Shown: piece after piece, positions 40,266-54,967 of the stretch
How positions within the stretch are numbered: position 1 is the stretch's first letter
Layout: each line of letters opens with the position of its first letter
Source of the DNA: Octopus vulgaris
Lineage: Eukaryota
Direction: 5' to 3'
Assembly: GCA_951406725.2 (NCBI GenBank)
Contig: OX597815.1
Coordinates: forward strand, 100,316,001-100,380,000
DNA length: 64,000 bases
Translations under genes and position numbers: made by a program
The notes under the pieces: generated by a model
What the model saw: only the letters and a program-made list of their open reading frames with translations
What the model was told of the DNA's origin: nothing
Databases searched by the model: none

Positions 40266-40895
40266 GGATGACCACTAAGTGGACTTCTATTATGCTAGAT
40301 GTAGACCCCATATGGTCTGATAACTAGGTTTTAAATTGATATTAATCAAATTAATATTCAATTTTTCACCCTTGTTATTTAAATTTAAATAACCATGTTC
40401 TCTAACCGGCAAAATTCACTGCAGAGAATTATTTTCTACAGATTATTTCCGGGAGTTTAGCGCGCCAAAACGAAGACTTTTGAAATATAACCCCAAATAT
40501 GATTGGTAAAACTATATGCACATATATGCGGACGTCTCGTGTATAGTTCTGCAAATTATATTTTGCTATGACGATCACACTGATGAATTGCGGACATTTA
40601 CGTAAGTATTACGTAAGAGGTAACAATGAAACCGGGTTTGTGATTAATCTTTATATTTTGTATCTTTTCATTTGTCTTGCTCGCTTACGTTCTGGCGTCT
40701 GCTGAATTTTCTTGAGAACAATCTTTTCTTAGTGGGGTCTACATCTAGCATAATGGATGTCCACTTAGTGGTCATCCCATTTATATATATGTAATATAAT
40801 TTTTCTGAATCTTCAGATTTTTCAATATGCTGGGCCACTGGTTTTAAATTGATATTAATCAAATTAATATTCAATTTTTCACCCTTATTATTTAA

Positions 40896-40900
<5 letters not shown>
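40261..40900 (+). mobile_element. Non-autonomous Penelope-like/retrozyme-like element: 46-bp inverted repeat, 61-bp direct repeat and internal hammerhead, in (TA)n
   Basis: IR 40265-40310/40733-40778 (2 mismatches); DR 40327-40387/40840-40900 (1 mismatch); (TA)n on both sides. Confidence 0.85.
40573..40645 (+). ncRNA. Type I hammerhead ribozyme motif with minimal stem III (GUU site, after 40638)
   Basis: Stem I GATCACA/TGTGATT; CTGATGA 40580-40586; stem II ATTG/CAAT enclosing TTACGTAA-gta-TTACGTAA; GAAAC-CGG-GTT 40628-40638. Confidence 0.75.
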
Positions 40901-40961
<61 letters not shown>

Positions 40962-41179
40962 AAGCAAGATATACAGAGTATTCTATGATTTGTCTGAACT
41001 AACCCACGTTCTACCCACTCTTCATTCATCATCTTTGAATCTAGTACATTCAAATGCGACCGTAAGAAATTTCTGCATTGGATAAGAGAAATAACCTCCT
41101 ATGACTTGTCTTATGGTGTGACAGATTATTGTCTTAACTCCTCCCTTTTTTCCAACAATCTAATCTGCTGCGAGTATAT

Positions 41180-41181
41180 GA

Positions 41182-41258
<77 letters not shown>

Positions 41259-41290
41259 TAACAATAACAACAACAGCAACAACAACAATG

Positions 41291-41359
<69 letters not shown>

Positions 41360-41451
41360 TAAATAATAAAAATAATAAGCGAAAGTGCTACATTGGGCTT
41401 CGTATATTTTACCCTAGTGTCACTTTGATGGCATGCACTGCTCTCTCACTC

Positions 41452-41517
<66 letters not shown>

Positions 41518-41719
41518 CAAAAACACCAGGACTTACAAACACATATAACATACAGAAAATTGCACTACTAGGCACTGCACACATCCTACGCAGAACACTT
41601 TCCATACAATAACCATCAGAGCATCACAACAAATCACAGCACATACCCAAGGCACACAGAGCTGCGCTCGGTAGTGAAGTGAAAGCACGCTATAAAAATA
41701 AAACTACTGAATAATAATG

Positions 41720-41777
<58 letters not shown>

Positions 41778-41785
41778 TAATAATG

Positions 41786-41864
<79 letters not shown>

Positions 41865-41889
41865 TAATAATAATAATAATAACAACAAC

Positions 41890-41920
<31 letters not shown>
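41180..41920. repeat. (TAA)n microsatellite array interrupted by R4/Dong-like fragments
   Basis: Direct observation. Confidence 0.95.
41517..41710 (+). mobile_element. R4/Dong-like retrotransposon 3' end inside (TAA)n
   Basis: KTPGLTNTYNIQKIALLGTAHILRRTLSIQ* then a ~100-nt 3' UTR and TAA repeats. Confidence 0.85.
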
Positions 41921-41921
<1 letters not shown>

Positions 41922-42030
41922 GCGAAAGTGCTACATTGGAAACTGTGCGAAAAGTGGGGGCTAGAGAGGAGAAGCAAGACATGGTATGAGCACAAACCGC
42001 AGAGAGTGGCGGTGTCGGAAACTAACAAAA
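41921..42030 (+). mobile_element. R4/Dong-like fragment upstream of the RLE domain
   Basis: AKVLHWKLCEKWGLERRSKTWYEHKPQRVAVSETNK resembles the LHW.LC....WY.H.P..V.E motif. Confidence 0.8.
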
Positions 42031-43777
42031 AATCTAGGAAGGTCCAACGTATAGCTAGTAAGAGCTCTCCAGTAGCGATGTCTCCATAAAAATACGGTTG
42101 GAGGTTAAGCTTAAAACCTAATCCACAATATTGAGTGAAAATATCTAATACAACTGTATCAAATAATGGTGTTCATGAGGCTGGAACCAAAGGTGAAAGC
42201 CTTTCGCCCGGCTGTATGTGTATATGTATGTATACATATACACATACATAATAATAACATCACAACTATATGTATGCGACATGGTGATTTCATACCATGA
42301 TAAACAGCACATGACCTTGCAGGTGGGGCCCAGTTAGAATTTTCTTCAGGTTGAGTAGCCCGTCCCACTTAAATGGTCCTGTGGTTGAGCAGCGCGTGCC
42401 CGGTCATCACCCAGAGACTGCTTATATTAGATAGCTGAAAAGAATGGATAGCATGGTGCCGACGCTGCAGGTAGCAAGCCCGCAACGTATGCAAGACTCC
42501 AGAAGTTTCAATAAAATCTGTGAAAGAAAGAAATCTCCTAGAGTTTAACTAGCATATATAATACAAAACAAATTTCTGACATTAAATAATGCATCACAGT
42601 ATAGAAAATCACGAAGCTACAAACATTCATGTAAGTACTCAGGCAATGTTCAAGATACACTCGACAGAAAGACATTGTAAACTTTAAAACCGAGTATTAG
42701 GCTATTATTTTCACAAGGAGAGAAAAATTATGACCTGGGAGGAAGGCAAATGAAAACAAAAAGGAAGATAAATACAATTATGACAGCGTTGAAGTTGATA
42801 GAGATGAAGGTGACAAAGATAAACAGGAAGTGACGTAAAAGGAAGATGTCAGGAATTAAAAGAAAATGTAATAGTGACGAAGACGACACAAGAAGATTGT
42901 AATGGTTTCTTAAGATATTCAACAATTAGTGCCACTTTGATAATAGCAGCGTGCCATCTAGTTCCACTTTTCTCTGATAGTGGCAGCAAAACGACTTGAG
43001 TGTCGGCATATAATCTATAGGGTACATAGACTATATAGATGTGTGTGTGTGTGTGTGTGTGTGTGTACATATATATATATATATACAAACACACACATGT
43101 ATATACTTATATTTATATTCATATTTATATACATGTATAATGTATACTTATACGTACAAATACACATACATATGTACGTATACATACACACATACATACA
43201 TACACACATACATACATACATACATACATACATACATACATACATACATACATACATACATACATACATACATACGTAAGATTCATCGCTCTTTCAGTTT
43301 GACATCACTCAACAACAGGCTGGAATGGAAATAAAATGGATACGATTGGTAATGTTGAGGAGACAGTATGACTGACATATAAATAAATAAATAAACCAAT
43401 AAATATGTAAATAAATAGATATATATGTAAATAAATAAAGAGATGACATTTGGTAAAAGGAAAATCTTGAAAGTACACATTGTATCACATCAAACGAGTT
43501 GGAAATAAATATGAAAGACTTTGAAATATTTACTCTGAATAGGATATTAATTTTTCTAGTTATCGTTTTGGTTATCATGTTCAGTTCTTTTTTTTTTATT
43601 GTCTTTGGTTGTTTTGTTTACGTTTTGTTTTGTTTTTGCTTTGAATCGTTCCTTTTTATCTAATGATAATGAGAGAAAGAAAATGGTGGCGGGTGGGAGA
43701 GATGATGATGGTGATGATCATGATCATCATCATCATAAGATTGTATATGACATGTTTATTAATATTTATGTCTGCAT

Positions 43778-43899
<122 letters not shown>

Positions 43900-44026
43900 A
43901 TGCATACATACACACTTATGTATATACATCTATGTATGCACGCATTAACTATATAACTATATAAACATATGCGTATAACTATTTATCAATATGAGTATAT
44001 GTGTATATGTGTATATATATATGTGT

Positions 44027-44092
<66 letters not shown>

Positions 44093-44205
44093 GCACACAT
44101 ATATGTATATATATTTGTACGAATGTATATACATATATATATATATGCATGTATACACACACGCACACTCACATTCACACACACTTCGAAACAGAAAGGC
44201 AAACA

Positions 44206-44259
<54 letters not shown>

Positions 44260-44631
44260 CATACATATCTACACATTTGTGCGCAAATGCGTATTGGAAT
44301 AATATTAAATCGATGTGTGTTTGTGAATGTATGCGTATAAACGGGTATGCGTATGTTTCCGTATGTGTGAACATGTGTGCGCCCGCTTGCGTACGAGAAC
44401 ACATATGTGCGCTTGAGCTGCAACGTATATACGTGAGTGTCACATAGAATGCCAAAACAACCATATTTAATAATTCCACTTAAGAAATCACATATGTTTG
44501 TTTACTTGTTGATTCCTTCATTTATCTATTGGAAATAATAACATTAGATGTAGAGAAGAGAACGAATATCTGAGAAACCGATGAATAGAAACGGGAAGAG
44601 CTACATGAAGGTGAGGTAGAATGGGTTATTT

Positions 44632-44718
<87 letters not shown>

Positions 44719-44722
44719 TGAA

Positions 44723-44757
<35 letters not shown>

Positions 44758-44778
44758 TAGGTACACAGACAGACAGAC

Positions 44779-44858
<80 letters not shown>

Positions 44859-44859
<1 letters not shown>

Positions 44860-45005
44860 TGTTTCTTTATTAGCCACACAGGGCTGAACACAGAGGGGAC
44901 AAATTACAAAGTAGAGCTTTTTTTTTGGAGAGAAAAAAAAGAAAAAAAAAGGGGGTAGATTTTCGATCAAAAGGGGTCGTAAAAAAAGAGAAGAAAAAGA
45001 AAAAG
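44859..45005 (-). mobile_element. Tx1-like LINE 3' UTR inserted in (GATA)n
   Basis: tatgtttctttattagccacacagggctgaacacagaggggacaaattacaaagtagagc; GATA runs on both sides; an even shorter copy at ~46497-46545. Confidence 0.85.
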
Positions 45006-45101
<96 letters not shown>

Positions 45102-45665
45102 GAAGACAGACAGGCACAAAGACGGGAAAGTAGACAGTTGGATGGGCGCACAGATGCATAGATAGCGATGTACATACAGATTGATTTATACAAACGTATA
45201 TAAATGTTAGTTAGTCATTAAAGTAGTTAGGTAAATAGTTGCATATTAATTGGGATATATTTATAATATGTTTGCGTGTATGTGTGCGCTGGCACATCAT
45301 GCACACCCTCACACATACACACACATATATATTCAAGTGCCTGTACTGCCTGTGACATGCATATATATATATATATATATACAGATATGTATATGTATAT
45401 ATATATATATATATATAGATATGTATATGTATATGTATATGTATATATGTATGTATATATGTATGTATGTATGTATGTACATACATAGATACATACATAC
45501 ATACATACATACATACATACATACATACATACATACATACATACATACATACATACATACATACATACATACATACATACATACATACATACATAGGAAG
45601 AGAGAGACAGAAAGAGGGAGTGAGAGGGAGAGAGATGGGCGGAATAGATAGGTAGATAGATAGAT

Positions 45666-45744
<79 letters not shown>

Positions 45745-46544
45745 GCACATAACATATGTATGAAATGCGATATGCATACATTGTCAAGTGTGTGTGTGTG
45801 TGTACGTGTGTGTGTGTGTTTGTGTGTGTATGTGTGCGTGCGTGTGTAAATACATACATATGAAGAAAATAAATTAAAGTGTTGTTTTGTGGTTGTCATT
45901 GCTGATATTGTTAATGTTATTGTTGCCGTTTATTTTATATAAAGAGTAAGAAGCAGTTTTAAAAGCGTATTTAGAAAATACGATCAATTTAAGTTTATGT
46001 AGGGGAGGAGATAAAAGATTGGTTTTAATTCCAATTGAGAATATTGGTTTGCTATTGTAAAGATAAAGAGTATTTCACTTTGATAAATAAAAGAAAAATG
46101 GCTGCCACCAGAGCTTTGAACACAAAAACGGAATAACATTAACTCATTGACAAAAGAGTGACAAGGTAAGGGAGAGGATATTAGTTGAAATAATAAAACG
46201 AAAATAACAGAGAACGCGGGGGTGGTTGTTGTTGTTGTTGTTGATGCTGCTGTTTTGATGGTTGTTGTGGTGGTGGTGGTTGTGGTGGTAGTGGTTGTTG
46301 CTGTTATAGTTAGCATTTTATTTTTGTTTGATGAAGTTGTTTTTATAAATGGATTTTATAACTATTTACAGAAAGTAGAGAAAGGCGGTGGGGAAGAGCA
46401 AAAATAATAATCTTTAAGACATTCTGTCATGGTAAATAGATAGGTAGAGAGAGAGAGAGAAATACAGAGAGAGAGAATGGTTGATAGATAGATAGATATG
46501 TTTCTTTATTAGCCACATAGGGATGATACACAGATAGAAGAAAT

Positions 46545-46643
<99 letters not shown>

Positions 46644-46888
46644 GTAACTCTTTTATGAGAGAATAGAGATGAGAAGAAAAAGGAATGAAAAATGAGAAAG
46701 AGAGAAAAGAAAGAAAGCAAGAAAGAAAAGTAGACGCTTTACAAAACTATTATTTATGGAAAACATCTGATGGTTATGATGATGGTTAAGATGGGTGGCA
46801 TATGGAGTGGATTGGATGACGAGGATGATGATGATGATGACGATGATAATGTTGATGAAGGTTTACAACATTGATGGTGTCGGTGATT

Positions 46889-47480
46889 GTGGTGGTGGTG
46901 GTGGTGGTGGCGGCGGCGGGTGGCGGTGGCGGCGGCGGCGGCGGCGGTGGCGGCGGCGCCGGTGGCGGCGGTGCCGGTGGCGGCGGTGCCGGTGGCGGCG
47001 GTGCCGGTGGCGGCGGTGGCGGCGGTGGCGGCGGTGGTGGTGGTGGTCTGGCGTGCTTGTGATGGGGAGGATGCTTATAGATTAATATGCCATCGATAGT
47101 GGTGATGGTAGCGATGTAATGAGATAACGATGACGATAATTTTGAGTATGACAGCTACAGTGTAGGTGGTGGTGGTGACGGAGGCGGCGGTGGCGGTGGA
47201 GGTGGTGGTGGTGGTGGTGGTGGTGGTGGTGGTGGTGGTGGTGGTGGTGGTGGTGGTGGTGGATTTGGTGGTGGTGGATTTGGTAGTAGTAGTGGTAGTG
47301 GTGGCGGCGGCGGCGGTGGAGGACGAAGCAGAGGCAGTGGTGGTTGTGGTGGTTGGTATCGTAGTGGTTGTTCAAGTTGTAGAAGTGTTTGTGATATTGG
47401 TAGCGGTCCGCAGCGTAGTGGCAATGATGAGGGTGTGGGGTTAGTGGGAGAGAAGGTGGCGGTGGCGGTGGTGATGGCAG
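46889..47480. repeat. GGT/GGC trinucleotide repeats with a 15-bp minisatellite (ggtggcggcggtgcc)
   Basis: Direct observation; similar blocks at 29619-29756 and 63050-64000. Confidence 0.85.
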
Positions 47481-47675
47481 TGGCGATGGTATGCCAGTTT
47501 ACTACATTGACAACATTCAACTGTCATGGGACGATAATGTAATTAATTAATTATGCACAATAAAATCAAGATATTGTAGTTTGACACACTTACACATAGA
47601 CACATACACAGCGACACATAGACATACACATATATACACATACAATCTCTCTCTTTCATTCTCCTTATCTCCCCC

Positions 47676-47707
<32 letters not shown>

Positions 47708-47837
47708 CTCTCACTCACTCTCCCTGCCGCGTTTTCTTTCCTTATTTTGCTATGACTCTAGTGATATCACTCTTCAACTAAACTTCATGAACATATATAT
47801 GTAGATAGATAGAATGAGACACGCATGCAGAGAAGAC

Positions 47838-47932
<95 letters not shown>

Positions 47933-47956
47933 CAGACAGACAAAGAGACAGATAAC

Positions 47957-49310
47957 TTTCTTTATTGGTCACACAGGGCTGAAATACAGAGGAGACAAAT
48001 AAAAATGTAGAGCTTTTCTTTTCGAAGATGGAAAAAGAAAAAGGTAACAAAAAGGAAACAAATGTAAAATTCCGATCAAAAGGGATCAGGGAATAAAAAG
48101 CGATCGAAAGGGATCGTGTATCACAGAAACAAATTTTTTTAACTATTAGAAACAAGATTATGTTCATCCGTGGGAACAAAAACCTACAGAAAAGACCACG
48201 GTAACCTCAGTCAGGGAGGAAATAAACACATGAGAGCAAAGTGCTCTCTCTATCTCTTTTACGATTTACATGATCATGCTCAAAGTGGTTTCGTCCCTCG
48301 CACGCACCATATATGCTACATTCACCCACCTTTTTTTGAAACTTTCGCGAGACAAAACCTGCTCTCCATTCTCACCTTCCTTTTCAAGTGGTACTTGAAA
48401 AAGTTGATGAGCGATTGACCAGAGAGGTAAGTGTTTGTCTCTAATCCTTTCGCTCGGGTCCACCATACACATTCTTTCACCATGGCCACCAATACGATGA
48501 AAACTGCCTTGCCTTCCCGGTTGAGGGAAGGGGGCGGAGCAATATACACGATAGACTCGGCCGACAGGCGGACTCGTCCCACACGTGACAGCAGCCGTTC
48601 GGCATAAGCCCACAGGTCTGAAATGGCTGGACACTTCAAGAGTGCGTGCAGAACGGTTTCGTCGCTCTGACCGTATCTCGGACCAGTCAGCCTAACCCTC
48701 CATTTAGCGAGTGTTGACAGCCTAACCATCGGAACGCTTCCCTTCTACAGGAAGCGGAAGAGTATGCGTTCCAGTTTGGTGATGGTAGGGTCGGGACAAG
48801 GCACGACGGTCAGACGGTACTCGATGACGGATGCGATGTACGCGTTCGCCACCTCCGTCACACCTTTTATGGATAGATTCCTCTCAGCCCATTGCTGGGT
48901 GAGAGTGGCCACCCTAGTCGTTATTTCGCCCCAGTTCTTCTCCATTTGGAAGTTCGGACCGAACCAGACTCCAAGCAATTTAACCGGTCCGTCGGTCCAG
49001 TGTCCCACGATGGAGACGCTGTTGGACGGCATGGGCTTGCTTCTCCAGGTGCCGAGCCGGGATTTTCCCGGATAATATTTGCTCCCGTTACCGCATCGTA
49101 TTGTTTTAGCGTCTCGCCGACCAGGTCGATGTGCTTGTGGCTCGACACTATGACGGTGACGTCGTCCGCGTATGCAGACACGCTCCTCCCGCATCCCAGC
49201 TCTCGTGGGATGCCCCTCAGTGCCACCAGTTTCCATAGTAGTGGCTCAAGAGTCAATACATACAGAAGCGATGAGAGGGGGAATCCTTGACGAACCGAAC
49301 GCATGATGTT
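47957..49310 (-). mobile_element. L1/Tx1-like LINE fragment with RT core and C-terminus, frameshifted and internally deleted
   Basis: SVRQGFPLSSLLYVL..SAYADDVTVIV..VKLLGVWFG..W..RNLSIKG; C-terminal region homologous to 31588-32021; same 3' tail. Confidence 0.92.
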
Positions 49311-49353
49311 AAAAGAGATAGACAGATAGATAGACAGACAGAGATGGATAGAC

Positions 49354-49440
<87 letters not shown>

Positions 49441-50079
49441 AAAATCTTGGCTCAAAGACAAAACTTCCGATAGAAGGATTCAATACGAATGATGTAGTAG
49501 CAGGAGAGCGATGAGTTACATTTAATAGATTTATTGTTTTAGCAAAGTTTGTGGACGTGTGTCTGTTTATCTATTCGAAGTTTATGCAAAAACACTAGCA
49601 AACGAACACCCACAAAACATTATCTTTTATTGTTCACTATCTCATATTACTGGTTTCTATAACATTTTTATCGATCTTTTCAGCGTTAGTCTGTTTGAAT
49701 GAAATGCTAAAATATTCTAGATACTGTTTATGAATATGCTACAAGCCATTGCTTCTGCAAATTATCTTGCTTGCTTTTTTTCATAATGTTCCAAAATTCT
49801 GCCGCTAGCTGTGTATACATATCTACAATCGTGTATCGAGGTACACAAACACTCGTGTGTATGTGCACATTTACCTATGCTCGTTTGCATATGCATCTAT
49901 ATGCACACACACACACATACACACAAACACACACACACACACACACAGCAACACAGGTAAACAGTTGATTAGCATAATCTCGCACGCATCCGAAAATGCT
50001 TTCTCTCACTCGTACAAACACACACATATGTATATTCAAATTTGTATATATGTATGTGTATAAGTGTGTGTATATATTT

Positions 50080-50132
<53 letters not shown>

Positions 50133-50209
50133 GTGTGTATATATGCGCGCGCGTGTGTGTATTTGTATGTATATATGTGTGTATGCATGCACGTATGTAT
50201 ATACATACA

Positions 50210-51045
50210 GGCTGTGCAAGAAAGACTGCATCACAAACTTCGTTTGCTAATAGCGCCAAGTCATCAGCATAGTCCGCATCAGTGATGGTCACAGTTCGAA
50301 AACGTCTGTTTTTGGCTGGTTGAAAAGTGAATCCTTTGTCCTTCATCTCATTGACAGAGGTGCGTAAAACATACTCCAGATATATAATGAACAAGCAGGG
50401 TGCCAAGATGTCACCCTGGAGGACTCTGTGTCGCCACCTGGTGAACGAACTATAAATTGAAAAAGATGTATATAGTAATAAAAGATTGAGTATATATATA
50501 GTAATAAAAGATAAATGGGGCCCATAGATATATATACATCATGATGGCATTGACTGTTTCCTTTGGGATACCGTTTACAAGAAGTATTTCTTCCATTTTC
50601 CCTCTCTGTATCGAGTCAAACGCCCTATAAAAGTCAACAATTAGGAGGATTGTTTCCATGCTCCTTGAATAACTCTTCAGGCTGTAAAAATCTGGGCGAA
50701 TGTTGATCTATTTTTTGAAAGCCATTCTAGTTTTCCCTCACGATTTTTTTTTCGGTCTCCAGTCTGATTCTATTGAGTAACATGGCATTGTAAACTTTGG
50801 CAGATATTGTAGTGAGAGTAATCCCACTCCACCCCCGTAGTATTTGGTGACGTCTAGATCTCCCTTCTTTGGTAACGAGAGGATGCATCTTTTACTCCAT
50901 TTCTCTATACGGTACATAGCATTACAGAGTCGATGAAGAATGTCATAAAATTTCCGTTTTCCATATTTCAGATGGGATTTCGTCCCAACCAGATGCCTTT
51001 CTGTTCTTCAACGATTTTATGACTGCTTCCAGCTTACCATAAGAA
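50210..51045 (-). mobile_element. RTE-like LINE reverse transcriptase remnant
   Basis: KASGWDEIPSEIWK, KKGDL, VDFYRAFDSIQRGKMEEILL, VLQGDILAPCLFII, ITDADYADDLALLAN across frameshifts. Confidence 0.88.
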
Positions 51046-51416
51046 AGCTCTCCAAGTACAGTTGATGATCAATGTACTTTCTAATTTCAAAGTTGATAAT
51101 TGAAAGTGCTGCTAAAGGTATTAGACTTTAAATCAACCCGGACGAGACAGAAGATACGACAGAATGTGCGTGCGTGTGTGTGTGTGCGTGCGTGTTTAAT
51201 TCGGTGCATGATAAAGCTTACTACGGATCCATAGTGTTCTTGTTTCATCATTGATTACGATTTTTAAAATCTTTGAAATGCCTTATTTTCTTAATAACAT
51301 TGTGTATATTGTGTGTGCATGTGTGTTCAAGTGCGTGCATGCGTATGTATGTGTGTATGCGTGTGCGTATTATTACGTGTCAATATGTATGTATGTATAT
51401 ATGTATGAGTGTTTTG

Positions 51417-51475
<59 letters not shown>

Positions 51476-51811
51476 AAGCGTAAAATATCAATGAACCCCG
51501 GTCACTGGATAGGAAAGTAACACTAATAACAAAAATTCCGTCAATGTATCACTGATTGACTTGAAAAGATTTGTAGGTTTCGGTTGAGAAAGACCACAGA
51601 TACTTCTTAAAAACTAAGTTACGGAATTAACGGGTTCGTTTCTGAACATTGTAGTTCCGAGATCGATCCCACTCTGCGGCACTTCGGACAGGTGTTTTGG
51701 GTTTTTTTCTTTTTTCTTTGTAATCTTGTATTGACCAAATACCTTGCGACTGAAAGTTGACTCAACCTAATTGTATGCAAGCTAGTTGCGCGTGCGAGTG
51801 TGCATGCGTAC

Positions 51812-51915
<104 letters not shown>

Positions 51916-52394
51916 ACGTTTTTATAACTCTTTGAAATGCCTTATTTTGTGATAAACACAAATTAAATTTTGTGTACTGTGTGCGCATGCATCTGTGAGA
52001 AAAAGGGAGAGAAAATAAGCGCGTGTGAACGTGTATGTGCGATATTTTTTGCTTTGGTTTTGTAAATAATTATTGAGAAAATTAAAAGGTACCCATGGAT
52101 AGAATTTAACTTTCTAGAGCGGCAGAGAGCTTTCTTTTTTTTTTTCTGTTTTCAGTCATTAAGCGTCAAAATGTATCTGTAATGACAATTATTACAGATC
52201 ATTGAACGCTAATCGTTGATCCCTGAATCGAAACTCCGCCCCAAGAGACATGTTCCATATTGAGTAAGTGGACAAAGATAATTGGTGAAAATCTTGTCAG
52301 CAAAGAAAATATTAGAATTCTAAGGACACTTCAAAATGTGGTTGCGACAAGTCACATTGGCAAATATATGAATGCGGAAAAGGTAAGGGTTTGG

Positions 52395-52620
52395 TGAAGA
52401 AGAAGAAGAAGAAGAAGAAGAAGAAGAAGAAGAAGAAGAAGAAGAAGAAGAAGAAGAAGAAGAAGAAGAAGGAGAAGAAGAGGAGGAGGAGGAGGTTGAG
52501 GAAGAAGAAGAAGAAGAAGAAGAAGAAGAAGAAGAAGAAGAAGAAGAAGAAGAAGAAGAAGAAGAAGAAGAAGAAGAAGAAGAAGAAGAAGAAGAGGACG
52601 AGGAGGACGAGGAGGACGAT
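52395..52620. repeat. (GAA)n purine tract
   Basis: Direct observation. Confidence 0.95.
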
Positions 52621-52922
52621 AATTATGAGAGTTTTTGCTAGGAACGGAGAAATAACTGGAAACGTAGAATGAAACACCGTGAAATGTGTCCGAATGCTAA
52701 ATGAATGAAAGGAAAAGATATCAGAAGAGATGAGATATATGTCAGAAGATTTCCAGCTTATCTCTGGATCAGATTTAGACACTGGATTGTGAGGGACAAC
52801 ATAAATAATACCTGAGATTACGTTTCCAAGAAGGGAAATTAGTAACACAGGATATCTAAGACTGGATACACAGATAAACATCGAACAACAAACCAAGAAA
52901 CTTCTACGTTAGTGGTCCTTAA

Positions 52923-53629
52923 CCCTTTGCCTGTCCAAATCATTTTCATAAGTTTGTCCTAAACATTCGTGATTTAGTTTCAGACTTTTTGTTAGATTTT
53001 GTTTCAAACCTTCCAAATAATATCCCGCTTTCTTTTCATAAGTCCCAAGGAACTCTGGTAGTTGAAAAAAATTGGGAATGTGGATCATATAGGATACATG
53101 GACGTCAAGGAAATATGTCCTGTGTATCACATTTCATACACAGTATAGGAAAAGGGTTGACCTGGGTTGTAGCGCCCCCTTGGCGATGGATGTAAGCTCA
53201 CAATAAAGCAGCAAATGTCAAGAAGGTTGCTTTGAGACTGGGCACAAATGTTTAGAGAGATCGTGGCTTTCCTTAGAAATATAATGTTTAAACTAGGTAC
53301 AACGCATTTTAAATACATTTTCAAAAAACTTTCGTTGAAATTAAAATACGAATAGGATATTGCGTTATCAGTAAAGATAACCATAACTGATTATGTGTTA
53401 ACCCTTTGCTTGTTCTGTGTGTCCCATGTGATACACAAGGCATATTTCCCTGGTGTCCATACATTATATATGATACACATTACCAATTTTTTCCAACCAA
53501 CAGTGTAACATGGGTCTTATGAAAGCTTTATTTTACTCAAAACATATGAAACAAGGGCCTATTAAAAGTTTGAAAACAAGTATGGGCGTTTAGGATAAGT
53601 TTATATAAATGCTTTGGACAGGCAAAGGG
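52923..53629. mobile_element. piggyBac-like non-autonomous foldback element
   Basis: Perfect 17-bp TIR CCCTTTGCCTGTCCAAA/TTTGGACAGGCAAAGGG, flanked by TTAA (52919-52922) and TTAT; arms remain reverse-similar for ~235 bp. Confidence 0.85.
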
Positions 53630-54093
53630 TTATGGTCCGAAGAATTTTCGTAATAATTTTTTTTTAATTCTCGACTGCTTTAATAATTTCCCTAAAAATG
53701 TAACGTAGGAGTACTAGTTGACGCAAATTTCTGAAAAGTGGCTCACGTTGGCTGAGATACCATATGAAAATATGGATAATGAACCACAACACACAATTAG
53801 TTTCTTTTTGACTTTTGCTTTTTTTTCTGCTTGCTAAGCCTGGAGGAATAAGAGAGACCGTAAGCGATGAGCATGAGACTCCGCTGATGTACCGTTTATA
53901 GTGTCATAGAACAACACCTACAGAAAAGACATGGTTGACTCGAGGCTATAGTAGAAGGCACTCGGTCAAGGTGTCATCAAGAGGAACTGAACCCAGAACC
54001 ACATAGTTGGGAAAGTAAGCTTCTAACCACACAGCCATGTGCCTATATATATATATATATGTATGTATGTATATATAGATAGTGTATGTAGAT

Positions 54094-54140
<47 letters not shown>

Positions 54141-54144
54141 TACA

Positions 54145-54295
<151 letters not shown>

Positions 54296-54586
54296 TAATA
54301 TAACAGGTTTTGGTATTCAGAGGACCCAAAAAGCAGGTAAGGCTATGTAAGTTCTACGGAAAGACTGTATTAGACTCCTGGATCGATGATAGTATAAGTG
54401 AGGAGTCTAACGAGGGTCGTATGTGAGCGTGTATATACTGAATAAAATGAGATAACAAAGCCAAGGTAGTGTGAAATTTCACAAACAAAAAAGGTATATG
54501 TCGTGATTGCACAATTTTCTCAGAATATGTCGGAAGGGTTTAGACATAAATGAGAACTTATATACTACTGGTTTATTATTGGTTCA

Positions 54587-54967
54587 AATTAAATCGACTC
54601 CAGTGCACAACTGGTACTTATTTTATCGACCGCGAAAGGAGGAAAGACAAAGTTGATCCCGGCAGCATTTGAACCTAGAACATTAAGTCGGACGAAATTC
54701 CGCTAAGAATTTTGTCCAGTGCAGTAACGATTCTGCCAGTTCACCGCTTTAATCTTATATATTATTGCTTTCAAATTTTAGCACAAGACCAATAATTTCG
54801 GGTGAGAGGATTGATTGCATCGACCATACTGTTCAACTAGTACTTATTTAAAGACCTCGAAAGGCCAAGTCGACTTCGGCTGAATGTGAAAGTAGAACGT
54901 AAAGACAGACGAAATGCCGCTAAGCATTTTGCCTGGCATGCTAACGATTCTGCCAGCTCACCGCCTT
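54587..54967 (-). mobile_element. Two tandem SINE family B copies
   Basis: Both end ..gacgaaat.ccgctaag.attttg....taacgattctgccag.tcaccgc. Confidence 0.8.

Noticed and set aside
42290-42380. Possible HDV-like ribozyme in a GC-rich repeat fragment
   Set aside because: Could not build the nested double pseudoknot on either strand.
46795-47520. Poly-Pro/Gly ORFs (formin- or extensin-like)
   Set aside because: GGT/GGC microsatellite open in several frames on both strands; no unique coding context.
54370-54410. 10-bp stem ttagactcct/aggagtctaa (similar 11-bp stem at ~4770-4810)
   Set aside because: Too short to distinguish from chance without copy evidence.
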